A stretch of 63,174 nucleotides of DNA, filler included, from Choristocarpus tenellus KU-1152 (taxonomy: Eukaryota > Protista > Phaeophyceae): the NCBI GenBank assembly GCA_964200185.2. It is 12 parts of 12 records of this genome, joined end to end, with 100 filler letters (N's around TTAATTAATTAA, not from the genome) between each part and the next. Parts side by side here need not be neighbours in the genome. Positions count along the whole stretch, not along the records: positions 36,456 to 41,288 come from CAXNAD020012883.1; positions 41,389 to 48,405 come from CAXNAD020006854.1; positions 48,506 to 55,797 come from CAXNAD020006390.1; 9 more parts are not named here. One strand, written 5' to 3'. Below, piece by piece: positions 38,277 through 50,925 of this stretch (its first letter is position 1; every line of letters begins with the position of its first letter). The position numbers and the translations under genes were made by a program. Under the pieces are notes generated by a model. That model did no database searches and had not been told where the DNA came from. It saw only the letters and a program-made list of their open reading frames with translations.

Positions 38277-39928
38277 CTATTGAATTCGCTTGTTGACAAG
38301 TGACCAGACCATCCGCCGTCGCATCCTGGGCATGTCATTCTGGCCAAAGGTCATGGGAAGGTTCTCATTGATGTACCATGCAAAGGCACAGGAGAACACC
38401 CCACAGTCACAACCATTTTGCTGCATGGTTGCAAAGCAAAGCAAGGTGGTTGGTTCAGAAGGAGTATTCAAGACAACGTTACATTCGGGAGTCGTGTTTA
38501 GATTGAAAGGTTCATGCCAGGGCGCAAAATTGTACAAAAGAAAACAATGTTCCAAGCATAGTATAAACCTAAACCACACTTAGCCCAGCACGATTTCCCC
38601 CCCCCTCCCCTAAAAACTTCCCGATCCTTGTAAGAATCTTGATGTCACTGTAGCTGTGACATTTGGAAAGCTGGAGTGATGGGCGAAGGCGTAAAGCTGC
38701 GCCCCAAGCGCTGCTACTCAAAAGAGAAAAAGGGTTCCTCTCTGAACCATAAATGTTGTACTAAGAAAACATGTGTGTGTGTTGTGTGTGTGTGTTCAAG
38801 TCAGGGATCTCAACAGCGTTGTTGTTAAGTTGGTGTACGGCATGACTGAGAGAAACAAGTCTACAAAGGTGTGCCAAGATTAGCCTACATTGCCAAGGAT
38901 GTACCCTCATTTTGTCACATTGATTTGCCGAACCTCTCGTATTCAGTTGGTATCTCTGATCTACTGAGAAGTGTTATCCTTTCGAGCTTTGGAGTCCTTA
39001 CATCTCAGTGCTGGTTGTGGAGCAGGTGAAAGTAATTAACAGAACACAGAACTACAATGAAAGAGGTATGATTATTACAGTCACCTATCACAGGAACATC
39101 CCGAACACACAGTCGCCAGGCACTGATTGCTGTAATGGTGGAAATACTTCTAATTCATAGCATATTATATCGGGTTACTCCAGGAGATTAAAAAAATATA
39201 ATCTAATCACTTCAAGGTAGGCTGTCCAAAGCTCATTTGGGACTCTCAACATCTGGTTTCTGCCTTGTACACCTCTGAATCAATACTGTAACACTCCATA
39301 GTACAAGGCATGAAGCAATGGGCATAGAGGAGTCGATGAGGAACTGGAGGAGGGGAGATACACACCGAAGGCTGTGTGAGAGGCTCACGGACACTATGAC
39401 AGAAGACAACCATAGGAACAAAGTCTCCACAAGGGGAAGATCTTTAATGTTTGATAGAGAGTCAAAGTATCTTAGAGGGTAGGGCCGCGTCCATTTGGGG
39501 GTCAAAATCCAATGTTGCGATTTTGATGTAATTTTGACTATCGTGTTTGTTAGGAAGCGTCATTATCCTTGTTCCGGACATACCTTTTCATATCATACAC
39601 ATTTTAACTACTCAGAAATGTTTCGGAGTAGGAAAAATGTCATAAACCCCATGGGAAGCCAAAAGGGTGTACCCCAAATAGACAAACTGGGCAAAACTCG
39701 TACCCTCTAAGATATTTTTACTCTAGAATAAGCTCTTAAAGTGAAGAGAACAAGGAAGGTGAGCTTTACCTGCTGTGGAGTTCCGGTCTGAGTAGGTACA
39801 AGTGTCCAGTCTTTACCATTGAAGTCCATGTCGCTATGCTTGTTGCTCATCTCGTCACCCAGCCATGAGAGCAAGACATCCAGAACCCGCTTTCCGGTTC
39901 CCATCATACTGTCATAGTATTGGATTCG
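38277..39928 (-). CDS. Ulp1/SENP SUMO protease (peptidase C48), last two exons
   Basis: Exon 39928-39770 (RIQYYDSM...GTPQQ|gt) and exon 38420-38277 (QNGCDCGVFSCAFAWY...MPRMRRRMVWSLVNKRIQ*) are both phase 0. YYDS and PQQ.NG.DCG are the catalytic motifs. Confidence 0.93.
39459..39723 (-). mobile_element. MITE family A, full length, TSD TAGA, in a SENP intron
   Basis: TAGA|GAGTCAAAGTATCTTAGAGGGTA...TACCCTCTAAGATATTTTTACTC|TAGA. Confidence 0.93.
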
Positions 39929-39988
39929 CTGCAGAAAAAAGGGTACAGAAGATGAGGGGAGAGGAAGGACAACCCCAAAAGGTTGTTG

Positions 39989-40476
39989 AGTACAATCGTG
40001 CATGTTGAACCCTCAAAGTACGAATCATGCATGTTGAACCTCAAAGTACGAATAATGCATGTTGAACCTCAAAGTACGAATAATGCATATTGAACCTTGA
40101 AGCACGAACCATGCATGTTGAACCTCAAAGTACGAATAATGCATGTTGAACCTTAAAGTACGAATAATGCATGTTGAACCTCAAAGTACGAATAATGCAT
40201 ATTGAACCTCAACGTACGAAACATGCATGTTGAACCTCAAAGTACGAATAATGCATATTGAACCTCAACGTACGAAACATGCATGTTGAACCTTAAAGTA
40301 CAAATCATGCATGTTGAACCTTGAAGCACGAACCATGCATGTTGAACCTCAAAGTACGAATAATGCATATTGAACCTCAACGTACGAAACATGCATGTTG
40401 AACCTTAAAGTACAAATCATGCATGTTGAACCTCAAAGTACAAATCGTGTACGTTGAACCTCAAAGTACGAATTAT
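39989..40476. repeat. Intronic minisatellite, 28-bp unit, about 17 copies
   Basis: Unit ATGCATGTTGAACCTCAAAGTACGAATA, head-to-tail, starting about 60 bp from the SENP splice acceptor. Confidence 0.95.
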
Positions 40477-42146
40477 GTCTGGATAGAGTGAAGCCAAAGG
40501 AAACAACAGTGAAGGAAATAAAAAAATAAAAAAATAAAATAATAATTATTCTGACTTGCAGACCTTTTGTCAAATTTGGGTTGAGGGGAAACAACTAATC
40601 CAACCATGGAGTGGCTGGTTCCCTCCAATAACTTCCCCCTTAATTAAATGCAACCTGTCTTCAGCATCACCATGCAATGCCACCGATAAGGGAGCAAGCA
40701 ACGCCTTCACCCCATTATCAAACTCCAAATCAATTAGGAGACTGGGGTTGGGGTTACACACGATCCAAATGTAGGTTGCTTCAGCACAAAAAATGTTTGT
40801 GGATGGGGATACCTTCCTTACCCAGATCCAACAAAGAGGTGTCAAGAAGACTCACTGAACACGATACAGATCACTAGCATTCATAACCAAGGTCTTGTCA
40901 TTCTAGAGCAATCTTTCCACGAGTGGTGACGCTCCTGATCTCATGTTATTAGAAACCCAAGCACAAAATAAAATAAAAAAGCCTTTGAAAATATTTATTT
41001 CTCAATAGGAGAGCACACTGCAGATATATTTTCTTTCACTTTGCATCAACAGTTTGGTACATAAAAAAAAAGGTGTACCTCACTTGATCTCCAGTTTTTT
41101 TTACCTAACAAACAGTAAACCCTCCAATGAAAAGTTGCATTTCAAATGTCCCCATCATTTAGCATAAAAAATAAATAAACATCATTTGCAAAATAAGTAT
41201 ATTTATGTAGGAGCACTGATGAAGCCCTTCTTACTTCCAATAAAATTCCTCCAAAGAAATGAGAAGTGTCAAAGTATCTAGGGGGGGGNNNNNNNNNNNN
41301 NNNNNNNNNNNNNNNNNNNNNNNNNNNNNNNNTTAATTAATTAANNNNNNNNNNNNNNNNNNNNNNNNNNNNNNNNNNNNNNNNNNNNCCCTCCCAACAT
41401 GATCCTCCTTCACACTGAATAGAGAGACACACACGTAAGGCGACCAGAGTCCACCTCCATGCAACAGTCAATTTCTGGGGATGGAACATATACCCTCCAA
41501 ACTCCTCAAACCCAGCACCAACAACACTGGGGCAAATAGGTCTTCCGTCAGTGCCAGAAACGCCCCCCCTCCTTGGGTGATACACTGAGGGCGGGGGAAT
41601 GGCCTACCTTTGACAGTCGTGCGTGTCTTAGGCTACACCTACACAGCTTGAATTTCTCTCCTGCCTAGAAGAGGAGCCCTTACCCATACACCACTAGGAC
41701 ATCACAGCCCGGTTCCATGTCTCCTCTCAGTGTTCACTTCCCCGGCTAGAAGAGAACCATTATGTTGAACTTGCCGTGGTTGCTGGTTGCTGGTGTTGGA
41801 GAGGTATGTATTGCAGCATCCCCCACCGAAGTCCAATCTCCTCATGGCTCTGCTGACCACAATTACAACACGACAATTTAAGTTTCTCCTCTGTTTCACC
41901 TCCGTGGAACCTTCCATCACCCTTGCCAGCGCTCTCAACGATGAGCCGTTTTCTGCCCTTTCTGTGTGGCGCACAAGAAAAAACTAAGAAGAAAGAGTGC
42001 AAGACTTCTCCTTGGCATCTCCAAAACAGGAGGTCGAACTATTTACCAGGGATGTTTTCATTTTTTTCACATCAGGATGTCTCTCCACCTCTCCTAGTAC
42101 CTGGTCACTGAATCGCATGTGCCGTAGCCCTGTGAGGAGAAACCCC

Positions 42147-42162
42147 AATAATAATAGTAATA

Positions 42163-42197
<35 letters not shown>
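42147..42197. repeat. (AAT)n microsatellite, possibly a non-LTR 3' tail, between decayed TE-like ORFs
   Basis: AATAATAATAGTAATAATAGT(AAT)n. Confidence 0.8.
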
Positions 42198-42199
<2 letters not shown>

Positions 42200-45100
42200 G
42201 GCCAGCCCAGGCTGCCAGCTTTCGATCTCCTACCCAATGTAGATGTCGATCATCCATGTTGTCCTCAAGCACCTGTCTCGCGAAATGCGCCTTGTCACAG
42301 GAAGCATCCTGCCTTCCAAACCTTAGCTAGATCATTTAACTGGACACCTCCCTCCACCTCAGCCTCTCCCTTGTTCATGTCAAGGGTTCAACAAGTCCCT
42401 GAGGCCCTTGCCGACTATTTAAGAACACCCAGTGCCTCGAGCCTTGCACCACAACCTTGCAACAAAGCCCCACCCACGGTGGCACTCTTGACGTCTACTT
42501 GAGTGAACCCCAGGCTCTGACCCTGCGATCGTTCCTGCCTCGACATATAGGTCTCCTCGAAATAGGCGGTAGAATTTGCCCAGACGTGCTTGACCTTCAA
42601 AAGACTCGAAAAAAGGGGAAATCCACGCAATGTAACAATTCAACCATGGGCCATTGACATCCCTCCATACACGCCGAACCCAGAAATCAAGTCTCACAGC
42701 TGCATTTCCTGACTGCATAATGTCCCACCAATCTTGCCATCCTGCTAGTATCCACCTGGATGTCCCTGATCCATGACCAGTCGAGTCCTTGCGACCAATG
42801 CTTGCCCACTCAGGTCAAAAATACCGTCTCATGCCCAACCCTACGGCCAGGTCTCAAGAGTTAAACTGACTTGTAAGCACTACTGTAGCCACAGTCTGCC
42901 TACCACTGGCAAGACTCTTTCCTTGGTGGGCTTGCAGGGTATGCTTTGAAACATTCATAGGATCATGGAAAGTGACTCATCGGAGGACACACCCTAGACT
43001 GTCAAGAAACACCAACAAGAAGAAACAAGCAGTGCCAACACCAACATAAATCGTATAAACTCCATCGGACATCAGCCTCTAGGGAAGAGGATGCTGGAGG
43101 AGCAAAGAAGAGCTAGTTACAACCACGAAAAAATCTGATCAAAAAAGTCGTTTCAGTGGGTGCAATCTCTCACCCTGCGAGGTGGGAGAGGGTCAGCTGT
43201 GATATTGAAGACCTGTCTTCGTGTGACCTCCCTCTCACGGAACTTGTACCGGGGTTTCTTCTTTGTCACTCCTGTCCCCTCTTCCTCATTCACTTCTCCT
43301 GCTCTTTCACCTTCTTCCCCATCGTCTTCCTCAAGCTCCTCCTCCACCTCTTCTTCATCCTCCTCCACCTCGCTGTCTTCCTCACTGTTATCCTGCATCG
43401 CCATTGGCCAGACAGACCAGGTTAGACCGTCCAGGGGGGAGAGTATCCTAACAGTGACTGGCTTGACACAATACAATGGATTTGATTTCGAGAAAATTCT
43501 CATCTTCTACAGGTATGATCAACAGGGCGCTGCAATCTGCACCACATTCCAAATAAGAAACACTGCAAACAAGGGGCAAGTCATCAGAGCCTTCGCCTCG
43601 TTGAACTTCCTGGATATTGAAGTCACCCCATTGTGACAGAGTGAAACACCCATTCAGCAGACCAAAACAAACTTACAAGGATCTGTATGTGAGCAAAATC
43701 CAATCAATTCCTAGTAGAACTTACAAGTCACAAATTCCAAGAGTCCCACTTTCAAAAAGTCATCCCTTAGACCCCTTACAACAAGATATATGCACGAGCA
43801 AACTTGAAGAACAGCACTGGGTCTTTCCCCCTTATTCCCTTTATTTCTCGTGGAAAAAGGTGTAGTGCCAAGGTTCGTAAGGGATGTGTTACCCCGTTGT
43901 AGGTCAGGATATCAGGCTGCTTCAAATTGGTTCTGTCACGGAAGCTGTAGAGACGCGGTCCTTCCTCTGTTCCACTGCCAGCGCCCCCTATTCCTGCCCT
44001 GTCACCGGTAGCCCTGTCCCCACCAACTCGGTTCTTGATAGTCTTCGTCTCTGGCTTATTCGCCACCGAATGGTAGAGCGATTTAGTACCATACTTGGTA
44101 CCATATTTTGCGTGCCCTTTCCCTTTTCCTTGACGAACGCTACCATTGGAGGCACCGTTGTTTCTCCTCACGCTTTCATGATCTGCAGGCCACAACTTAG
44201 GACGTTGCAGCAAATCTTCCTCCTCCAACACCTCAACTTCTCGAACGGGCCAGCCAGCCCGCAGCGCCTAAGGTGAGTGACCGGACATGAAAATGGGTGT
44301 CATCATGGACATTAGGAGAGGCGAGAATTTTCGAGGTGTGTTGAGCATCAATTTTCTCTCGCACCAAGGTTGGTTGGTCAAGGACAACCGCGACAGCAAC
44401 CCAGGGCACAGCGAGGATGAGCGCGAATCATAATCTGCTGGGGGATTTGTTTGACTTGAAAGTGATTTGGTACTCAGGGTGTCAAGTGGAAGAACAGGAA
44501 GGGACATATGTGTTTCACCTTTCAGCAAAAGAGCTTGACCACGAGAGCAAAAGGAATTAGACATAAAGGGTGTTACAGGTTTCATGTCGAAGCTTCGACG
44601 CTAAACTATTGTACGTCTCACCCCTTGATCTCGCCCCAACAGAGCATCAACCTCAGTACTTATCCTCCGACGTACTGGTCGATTCGATCGACCACCGGTG
44701 CTAGCACCGGATTGACGCTCCTCACGTTCGTGTAGAGCGATCCTAGCGCTGCGACGCGAAGGGCTCAACACGGCCAACTCTGCAATTACGACGGGGAACA
44801 TAGGAAGGTGAGCAATATATGGGTGACTGGGTATTAGTTACTCACGGTTAGGGGAAACTGAACATTGGACCATGCACACAAGGGTTGCTCAAGCTTCACA
44901 CTGCTTCGAGTCCCTCCCAACAATCACAGAAAAAGAGGTCTGACTCTGTTCACACCAGAGTCCTCCTCAGAACTGCTTGAAGAATTGACGGCACCGGACG
45001 TTCGGGATGATCTTGTGCCAACCATGAAACTACGTTACGGAGTGATTAGAGGCGTTTCCCTGAGGAGGAATGGGGATGACGGTGGAGAAGATCCAGAGAT

Positions 45101-48100
45101 TCTGTGGGTAGGACCAAGAGAGGTTATGGGTACTAAGATGGTTTGATGTTTTAAAAAAATTCAAAGGATGCTTGCACTGCGCGCGATGCGCGAAATTTTC
45201 AACTACTCGCCCCTCAGTCTCCACTCCATTCTTCCCACCACAATAGTCTTGTGTCAGACACCAAAAAGCCTTAAAAAGGTTCAGCTCTCTCGGCACAAAG
45301 AAGCATTTTGAAGATGAAGTAGGGTAACTCGTGGTGGGCGGTAAGAGGGTACTGGGGTTTTGGAGGGAAGGGACTGCGAAGGTACGTCGGCGACAGATTA
45401 TTTCAATACGACTACAACAAGGTTGCGAGAAGTTGAGTAGTAGTTGCTCTGTGAAGGTGTCTGAGCCAATCAATTGAGAGGTGGGCAAGTTTGAGCCCTT
45501 TTGCATTCTAAGGCATCCTTCTTACATTGTGTAATATACTCTATTTCATTGTTTTGTGTTCACAATACTGTACGCAAGTATGATATTCCCCCTTTCCTCA
45601 CACAAAGTGAGACCAAAATTCACTCAAGGCTCTTTCTCCAATTGTACAAATGGATGTTGCTGCCTTTCTCGGAATCCTTAGAATGCAAGCCTGCCTACCT
45701 ATCAGCTGGTTTGGTGCGCTTCGAGATGGAAACACGATGAAGGTGAGTCAGGTGGGATTAATCCCCTAGTTCTTTACAACCTTCAAGTAATATTAATGTA
45801 GTGTAGAAAATAGCAGTACAACAACAGGTAGCTGTGTCATCTGTTTATTGTTTCAAGAGGGATGTGGTATAACAATAGATGTAAAAGTCAGAGGGCAAAA
45901 TAAAAAAAATGTTGATGTGTCGTTGTAACCAGTACAGGCCCTGTCACCATGTTCACTGAACTCTCTCTTCCTCTTGCATGTTGCTTCTCCTCCCTTGCGG
46001 CATCATCTGCAAGATGTCAGTGTTCATACAGATTTTGTAATGGTAGGTATCGATAGACAGGTGTGAATCTGTCGATATTTGTAGTTGATACAACTGCTAC
46101 CACTACCACAACTCATATACACTGACAGCTCAGGCACATAATGATTATTTGCTACACTTTCATTTTTTCTCCTCCAGCCCTTCTTCTAGTGTTGTTGTTG
46201 CAGTTATCAACAGCATTACATGTAACTATTAATAATCAATGATCTTTGCTTCACACTTTTGTGTAGGTTTTGTAGGTGCTAACATTTTCAAAAACAACGC
46301 CCAATGATGATGATTTGTCAAACAGTGGTATCTCAATGTTTGACAAAATCAGAGGCTGGGGGAGCTAACGCGAAAGAATCCGTGGGCCATCACCCCACTA
46401 GTCGCGCGACTATCTGGTCTGGTGGTGGAATAATATAATCTCATGGTTTATCACGGTTATTGAGAAAAAACAACACCAATAACAGGAATGCTGCTGGTGC
46501 TACTCCTGGAAATGATGGCAACAAGAAGGAGAAAAAAAAGAACAAAACAGCGAGTGATTATTACCTAAGAACTAGAAGTGCTGGTGCTGGTGCTGGTGCT
46601 AAGTGATGGTAATGTTGGAGGGATACACAACAGCAAATCACTGGCCCGTAGTATCGTAGAGGGGATTCAGACGTCCATTCGGGGGGCTGTTTTAACCTTG
46701 TGGTGATTTCATGTCACTCTAGTAAAGGAGTCAGATGTCAGGGCAATTGCCTTCATTTGAGCGCACCTTCCTTTTACACCCCCCTCCCTAGACCAAATCC
46801 GAAGAAAATTCACCAACAAAAATGGACATCAAACTGGGGCATCTTTCAACACCTCATCAAGCATAAAATGAGACGCTTTGCAGTAAATGGATTGGATAAC
46901 CAGTAAAATTCTCATCCCACACAGTGTTGACTTGAGAGTTCGTATTCACTAACACCATATTCCTTTCCATAATCCGTATATAATGCATTGCCGTAATAGT
47001 TTAACCTATAGTCTCAGTAAAGAGAATATCGTATGTATGTGTGATACAGATCCTCGAAAATTCTTTTGTTTGTTTGTGTGTTTGTTTGTGACTCATGTGT
47101 CTTGGCTCAGACCTCGTGTTATCCACGTATCATAATCCTAAACATGGGTTATCCATGTAGTTTCAGACAAGTGGTCGTATGTCATTGTGTCATAGATGGG
47201 TATAGTTTATCGTTTTGTAAGAGTTTAGATAACTGGTAACAGATATTAGTTATCCCGTTCACGACCAGCTCTGACTTGATATCTCGTGCTTACCAGGTTT
47301 ATTAATCCTTGCAAAGAGACCATACATGTATGTTGGTGGCGTTTAGATAAATTATTAACACAATTAATTCATCTTTCAACTCTCCTTGTTTGCATCAGTG
47401 GACACTTACGGTGGTGAAGAGACCGTATCACCAGGGACATTAGCACTCGTGTGTGCTAGAGGTAGCTTTTCATTACATCATGTCACATTTTCATGAAATG
47501 TACTTACCGACCATCATGAAATTACTAATCCTATCAAAAACAAAGATTCAAGTCTACAAGTAGGCAAGTAATGGAGGCTTCAGGTGAGTCACATTTGTTC
47601 TTTTTTTTTCAAGCGGCATGATCCCCCCGACATGTTATCTTCCTCCCAGAACTCACATTTTTTTTACCTAGCTTCAATGCCGATCAGAAGGGGAGGTGAT
47701 GTGGAAAGCAGGTTTGTCGGTTATTATACCATTACTCCCATATGCCACATAACGTCATACCGATTGAGGTTCTGCTCTGATAACTTCGGTTCAACTTGTG
47801 GAGGATTTTCAGAGGGATAGTGTCTTTCCCTAAAGTCTATAAGTTATTACCGAAGGCGAACCGCCCATCTTTGAAAGGTTTCTTTTCTGAAACCCATCTG
47901 AACCGTGACCCTCTCCACTTCCTCAGTTCCCTACATTTTCTTGCAAGTCCTTTCAGTCTTGCACTTGTGAAACCTTAACCTCATCCTCTCCACTACGGTT
48001 CATCTTGGTCCATCTTGCCTATGGTGATTCTCTTCGTCGCCCTTATCTGAGTGAACCCTGCTGTCACAGAATCAAACCATTCGTATTATACTCAACTACT

Positions 48101-48505
48101 AAGTATATTCTATGTATTGAGGCCTGGTTCTGTTTGATGGAGAGTGATGAGAACCATCAGAGATGAGGTTCAGAAAGGAAGTGAAAGATGAGACTGATGC
48201 ATGCTGGGTGTATGTTGACAACCTCATGTGGATCAATCTCCAATGTGATTGGTTGTGACCAGCCAAAACAGAAACCAAAATATGGTTGTACTAGGTATCA
48301 GTGAGATAGGGGTATTGATCGAGTTTAAAAAGAAATGTATATTTTGTGTTGTATGAGGAGTAAAACAGAAAAACTATAGTAAGGTGGTAGACCAGTAGGT
48401 TCTCCNNNNNNNNNNNNNNNNNNNNNNNNNNNNNNNNNNNNNNNNNNNNTTAATTAATTAANNNNNNNNNNNNNNNNNNNNNNNNNNNNNNNNNNNNNNN
48501 NNNNN

Positions 48506-48690
48506 GGAGTGGTTTGTGAGGGGTCGTCCGTTTCGGTCCGGACGAAGTGCTCAAAAATCATAGGAATTGCTGTCTTCAGTCGCGGACGATTCACGACTGA
48601 AGATAGCAATTCTTATTATTTTTCAGCACTTCTTCCGGACCGAAACGGATGCCCTCTCACAAACCACCACCCCCCAAGGTACTTTGACCC
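48506..48690. mobile_element. MITE family C, near-complete foldback
   Basis: GGTTTGTGAGGGGTCGTCCGTTTCGGTCCGG...GCTGTCTTCAGTCG|loop|CGACTGAAGATAGC...CCGGACCGAAACGGATGCCCTCTCACAAACC...TACTTTGACCC. Confidence 0.88.
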
Positions 48691-49035
48691 AGCCACCGTC
48701 CTCGTATGATGTATTTCGGACTAAAATGCTTTTAGGATCTACGCTTGGCGCTTGAGTGGGTGTAGACTATGTTATTATCGCTCAGGGAAGTTGCCGTTGG
48801 GTTCAATATTTGGAGTCTTGGTGGTTGCCGCCGCTTGGTTTGAGTGTTGTAGAGAGGTCATTTTTTGTGGAAATCTCGACTTGTGCTGAAGATGGTGGTG
48901 CGGAGTACGAGATGCTTGTGCGTCAACGTATTTCTGGTAAGGTTTCTTCCAACTGCTCTGTGGTCCGATCAACGCAAAGAGGGGAGGAAAAAGGATTGGG
49001 TATGGTAGTAAAAGTATTAGAGGGTGGTGGCAGAA

Positions 49036-49294
49036 GAGTGAAAGTATCTTAGAGGGTAGGACTGCGTCCATTTGTTTCCAAAATCCAATGTTGCGATTCT
49101 GACGAAATTTTGGCTGTTGCGTTTGTTAGGAAGTGTCAATGTCCTTGTTCTGGATACACCCTTTCATAACATAGACATTTTACCTACTCTGAAACTTTTT
49201 GGGAGTAGGAAAATGCCATAAAAAAAAACATGGGAAGCTAAGCACCTAATGGACAAACAGGGCAAAACTCGTACCCTCTAAGATACTTCCACTC
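49036..49294 (-). mobile_element. MITE family A, full length, TSD AGAA; empty site at about 12527-12530
   Basis: AGAA|GAGTGAAAGTATCTTAGAGGGTA...TACCCTCTAAGATACTTCCACTC|AGAA. Confidence 0.95.
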
Positions 49295-50597
49295 AGAATG
49301 CTGTAATGGAGATGAAATCTGGGTTGCCACCAGGCCAATAAGAGCATGTATATGAGGAAACATATAAACACACACTCTTTGGGAGGATAATAAATTCAAT
49401 GTACCAAATGCACAAGTCAGTTGATTTAGAGAGAATGTCCGATTTCTCCATCATAGCATGGTTGTCGAGGGATGTGTTGGACTGGCGAAGTAGAGGGTGA
49501 CTCACGAACCGAAATTGGCCTATGTTGCTCCTCAAAGCCGTATCTGCCGTCAGTATGGTGGCAGTGTAGGACTTGTCCAGAACCAGGCCCGTGTAGAGGA
49601 GCGTCTTGGTCAATACTACAGTGTTGGACAAGAAGCTGCATATTTCGCAAGTCGCCATTCTCCCATTTGACCTCGTAGGCGTAGCTGACTCGCTCCTCTC
49701 TAACTTTCACCGTGTAGTGGGGCTGGTAGTTAGTCACGGTCCCTCGCATCCCCTGATCGTCTCATCTGAAGTATAAGTCCCCTGCCCTTGTTTTTGGCAC
49801 TGAGTGTTTCACCCTCATCTAAATCCGGCACATAACTAAGTATCGGTTCAAGGAGTATACATTTCTATGTGTCCTTGTCCATGTCCCTACGCTTCCGCCG
49901 GTGGTCAGCAATGGACCGACTGCGTTGTCTGACACACAGGGTTGTAGCCTTGTCACTGTCCCTCTTGTTCTTCTCTCTCGAAGTTGGTTGACACCCTCCT
50001 CGATCTCGTCCTCTGTCATGTACGACCCTAGTTGAGGGGGTGCAGATTTTTTGCCATCGTCCGGGGGGTAGGACACTGAGTAAATGTACGCCCCTGAGCC
50101 ATCTACGTGAAGATCGCTGACCTTCCCCTCTATGATGCCCCCCCCACTCGCGCGTAGGATGAAGCTGGTTCCTCGACCGAACCTGGCGTCGGATGTGTCC
50201 CCAAGTCTGATTTGCCTAGAGAAGCGAGCAGGTATCCCACCGAGAGATTGCCTGTTGGATTCTGAGGTGAACCTCTGGTATTGACCAGGCAGGATCGTGA
50301 ATGTGTTGTTCAGGTGTATGTGATCGAGATGACTGTGAAGTCTGGGATGATGATAGCCTGAAGGGGCACAACGCGGGGATCCAGTTGTGCGTCCCGCATC
50401 ACCACAAACAAGTTCGTTGCGGGGGCTGTGTTGGTGTGTAGGACTATTGGAATGTGATTGCGCGTTATGGCCTGGTTTGGTTGTATAGGGGTATTGTTTG
50501 TTGATTTTTTGAGAAACGGATAGTTTTATGTACGATAGAGGATACCTTAGGCAGCGGAATGAACAAATGGGAAGCACTTATTTGCCCAATGAAAGTT

Positions 50598-50778
50598 GGC
50601 TCAGAGTATCTGGAGGGGGGGGGGGCGCCTGTCCAGTTGGAACTATTATTTTTATGTCGCGATTTTTGTGTGATTTGGTTGCATACGTCGGATGGATAAT
50701 GTAAGAGCACTTTTCCTGGTTAAGGTCAAAATGGACACCCTTGTGCAGACCCCCCCCCTCCCCAAGATACTTTGGGTC
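50598..50778 (+). mobile_element. MITE family B copy
   Basis: GGCTCAGAGTATCTGG...AAGATACTTTGGGTC. Confidence 0.87.
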
Positions 50779-50925
50779 TCAGTGGCGGTTGCAGATTGGG
50801 AGAACAAAATGACACTAATTTGGATGTCAGGATAGGACGTTATTGGAGGAATCTATGTTGGTTAGAGGGGATATGTGACACCTATATATGGACAGGTGGA
50901 ATCGTTCTTGAGGGGCATTGTTCCC

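Noticed and set aside
39989-40476. CRISPR-like 28-bp repeats
   Set aside because: No spacers; the array lies in a eukaryotic intron.
42200-45500. Acidic and fragmentary ORFs as host genes
   Set aside because: Many stops, no consistent splice chain and no recognisable domain; likely decayed TE sequence that I could not classify.
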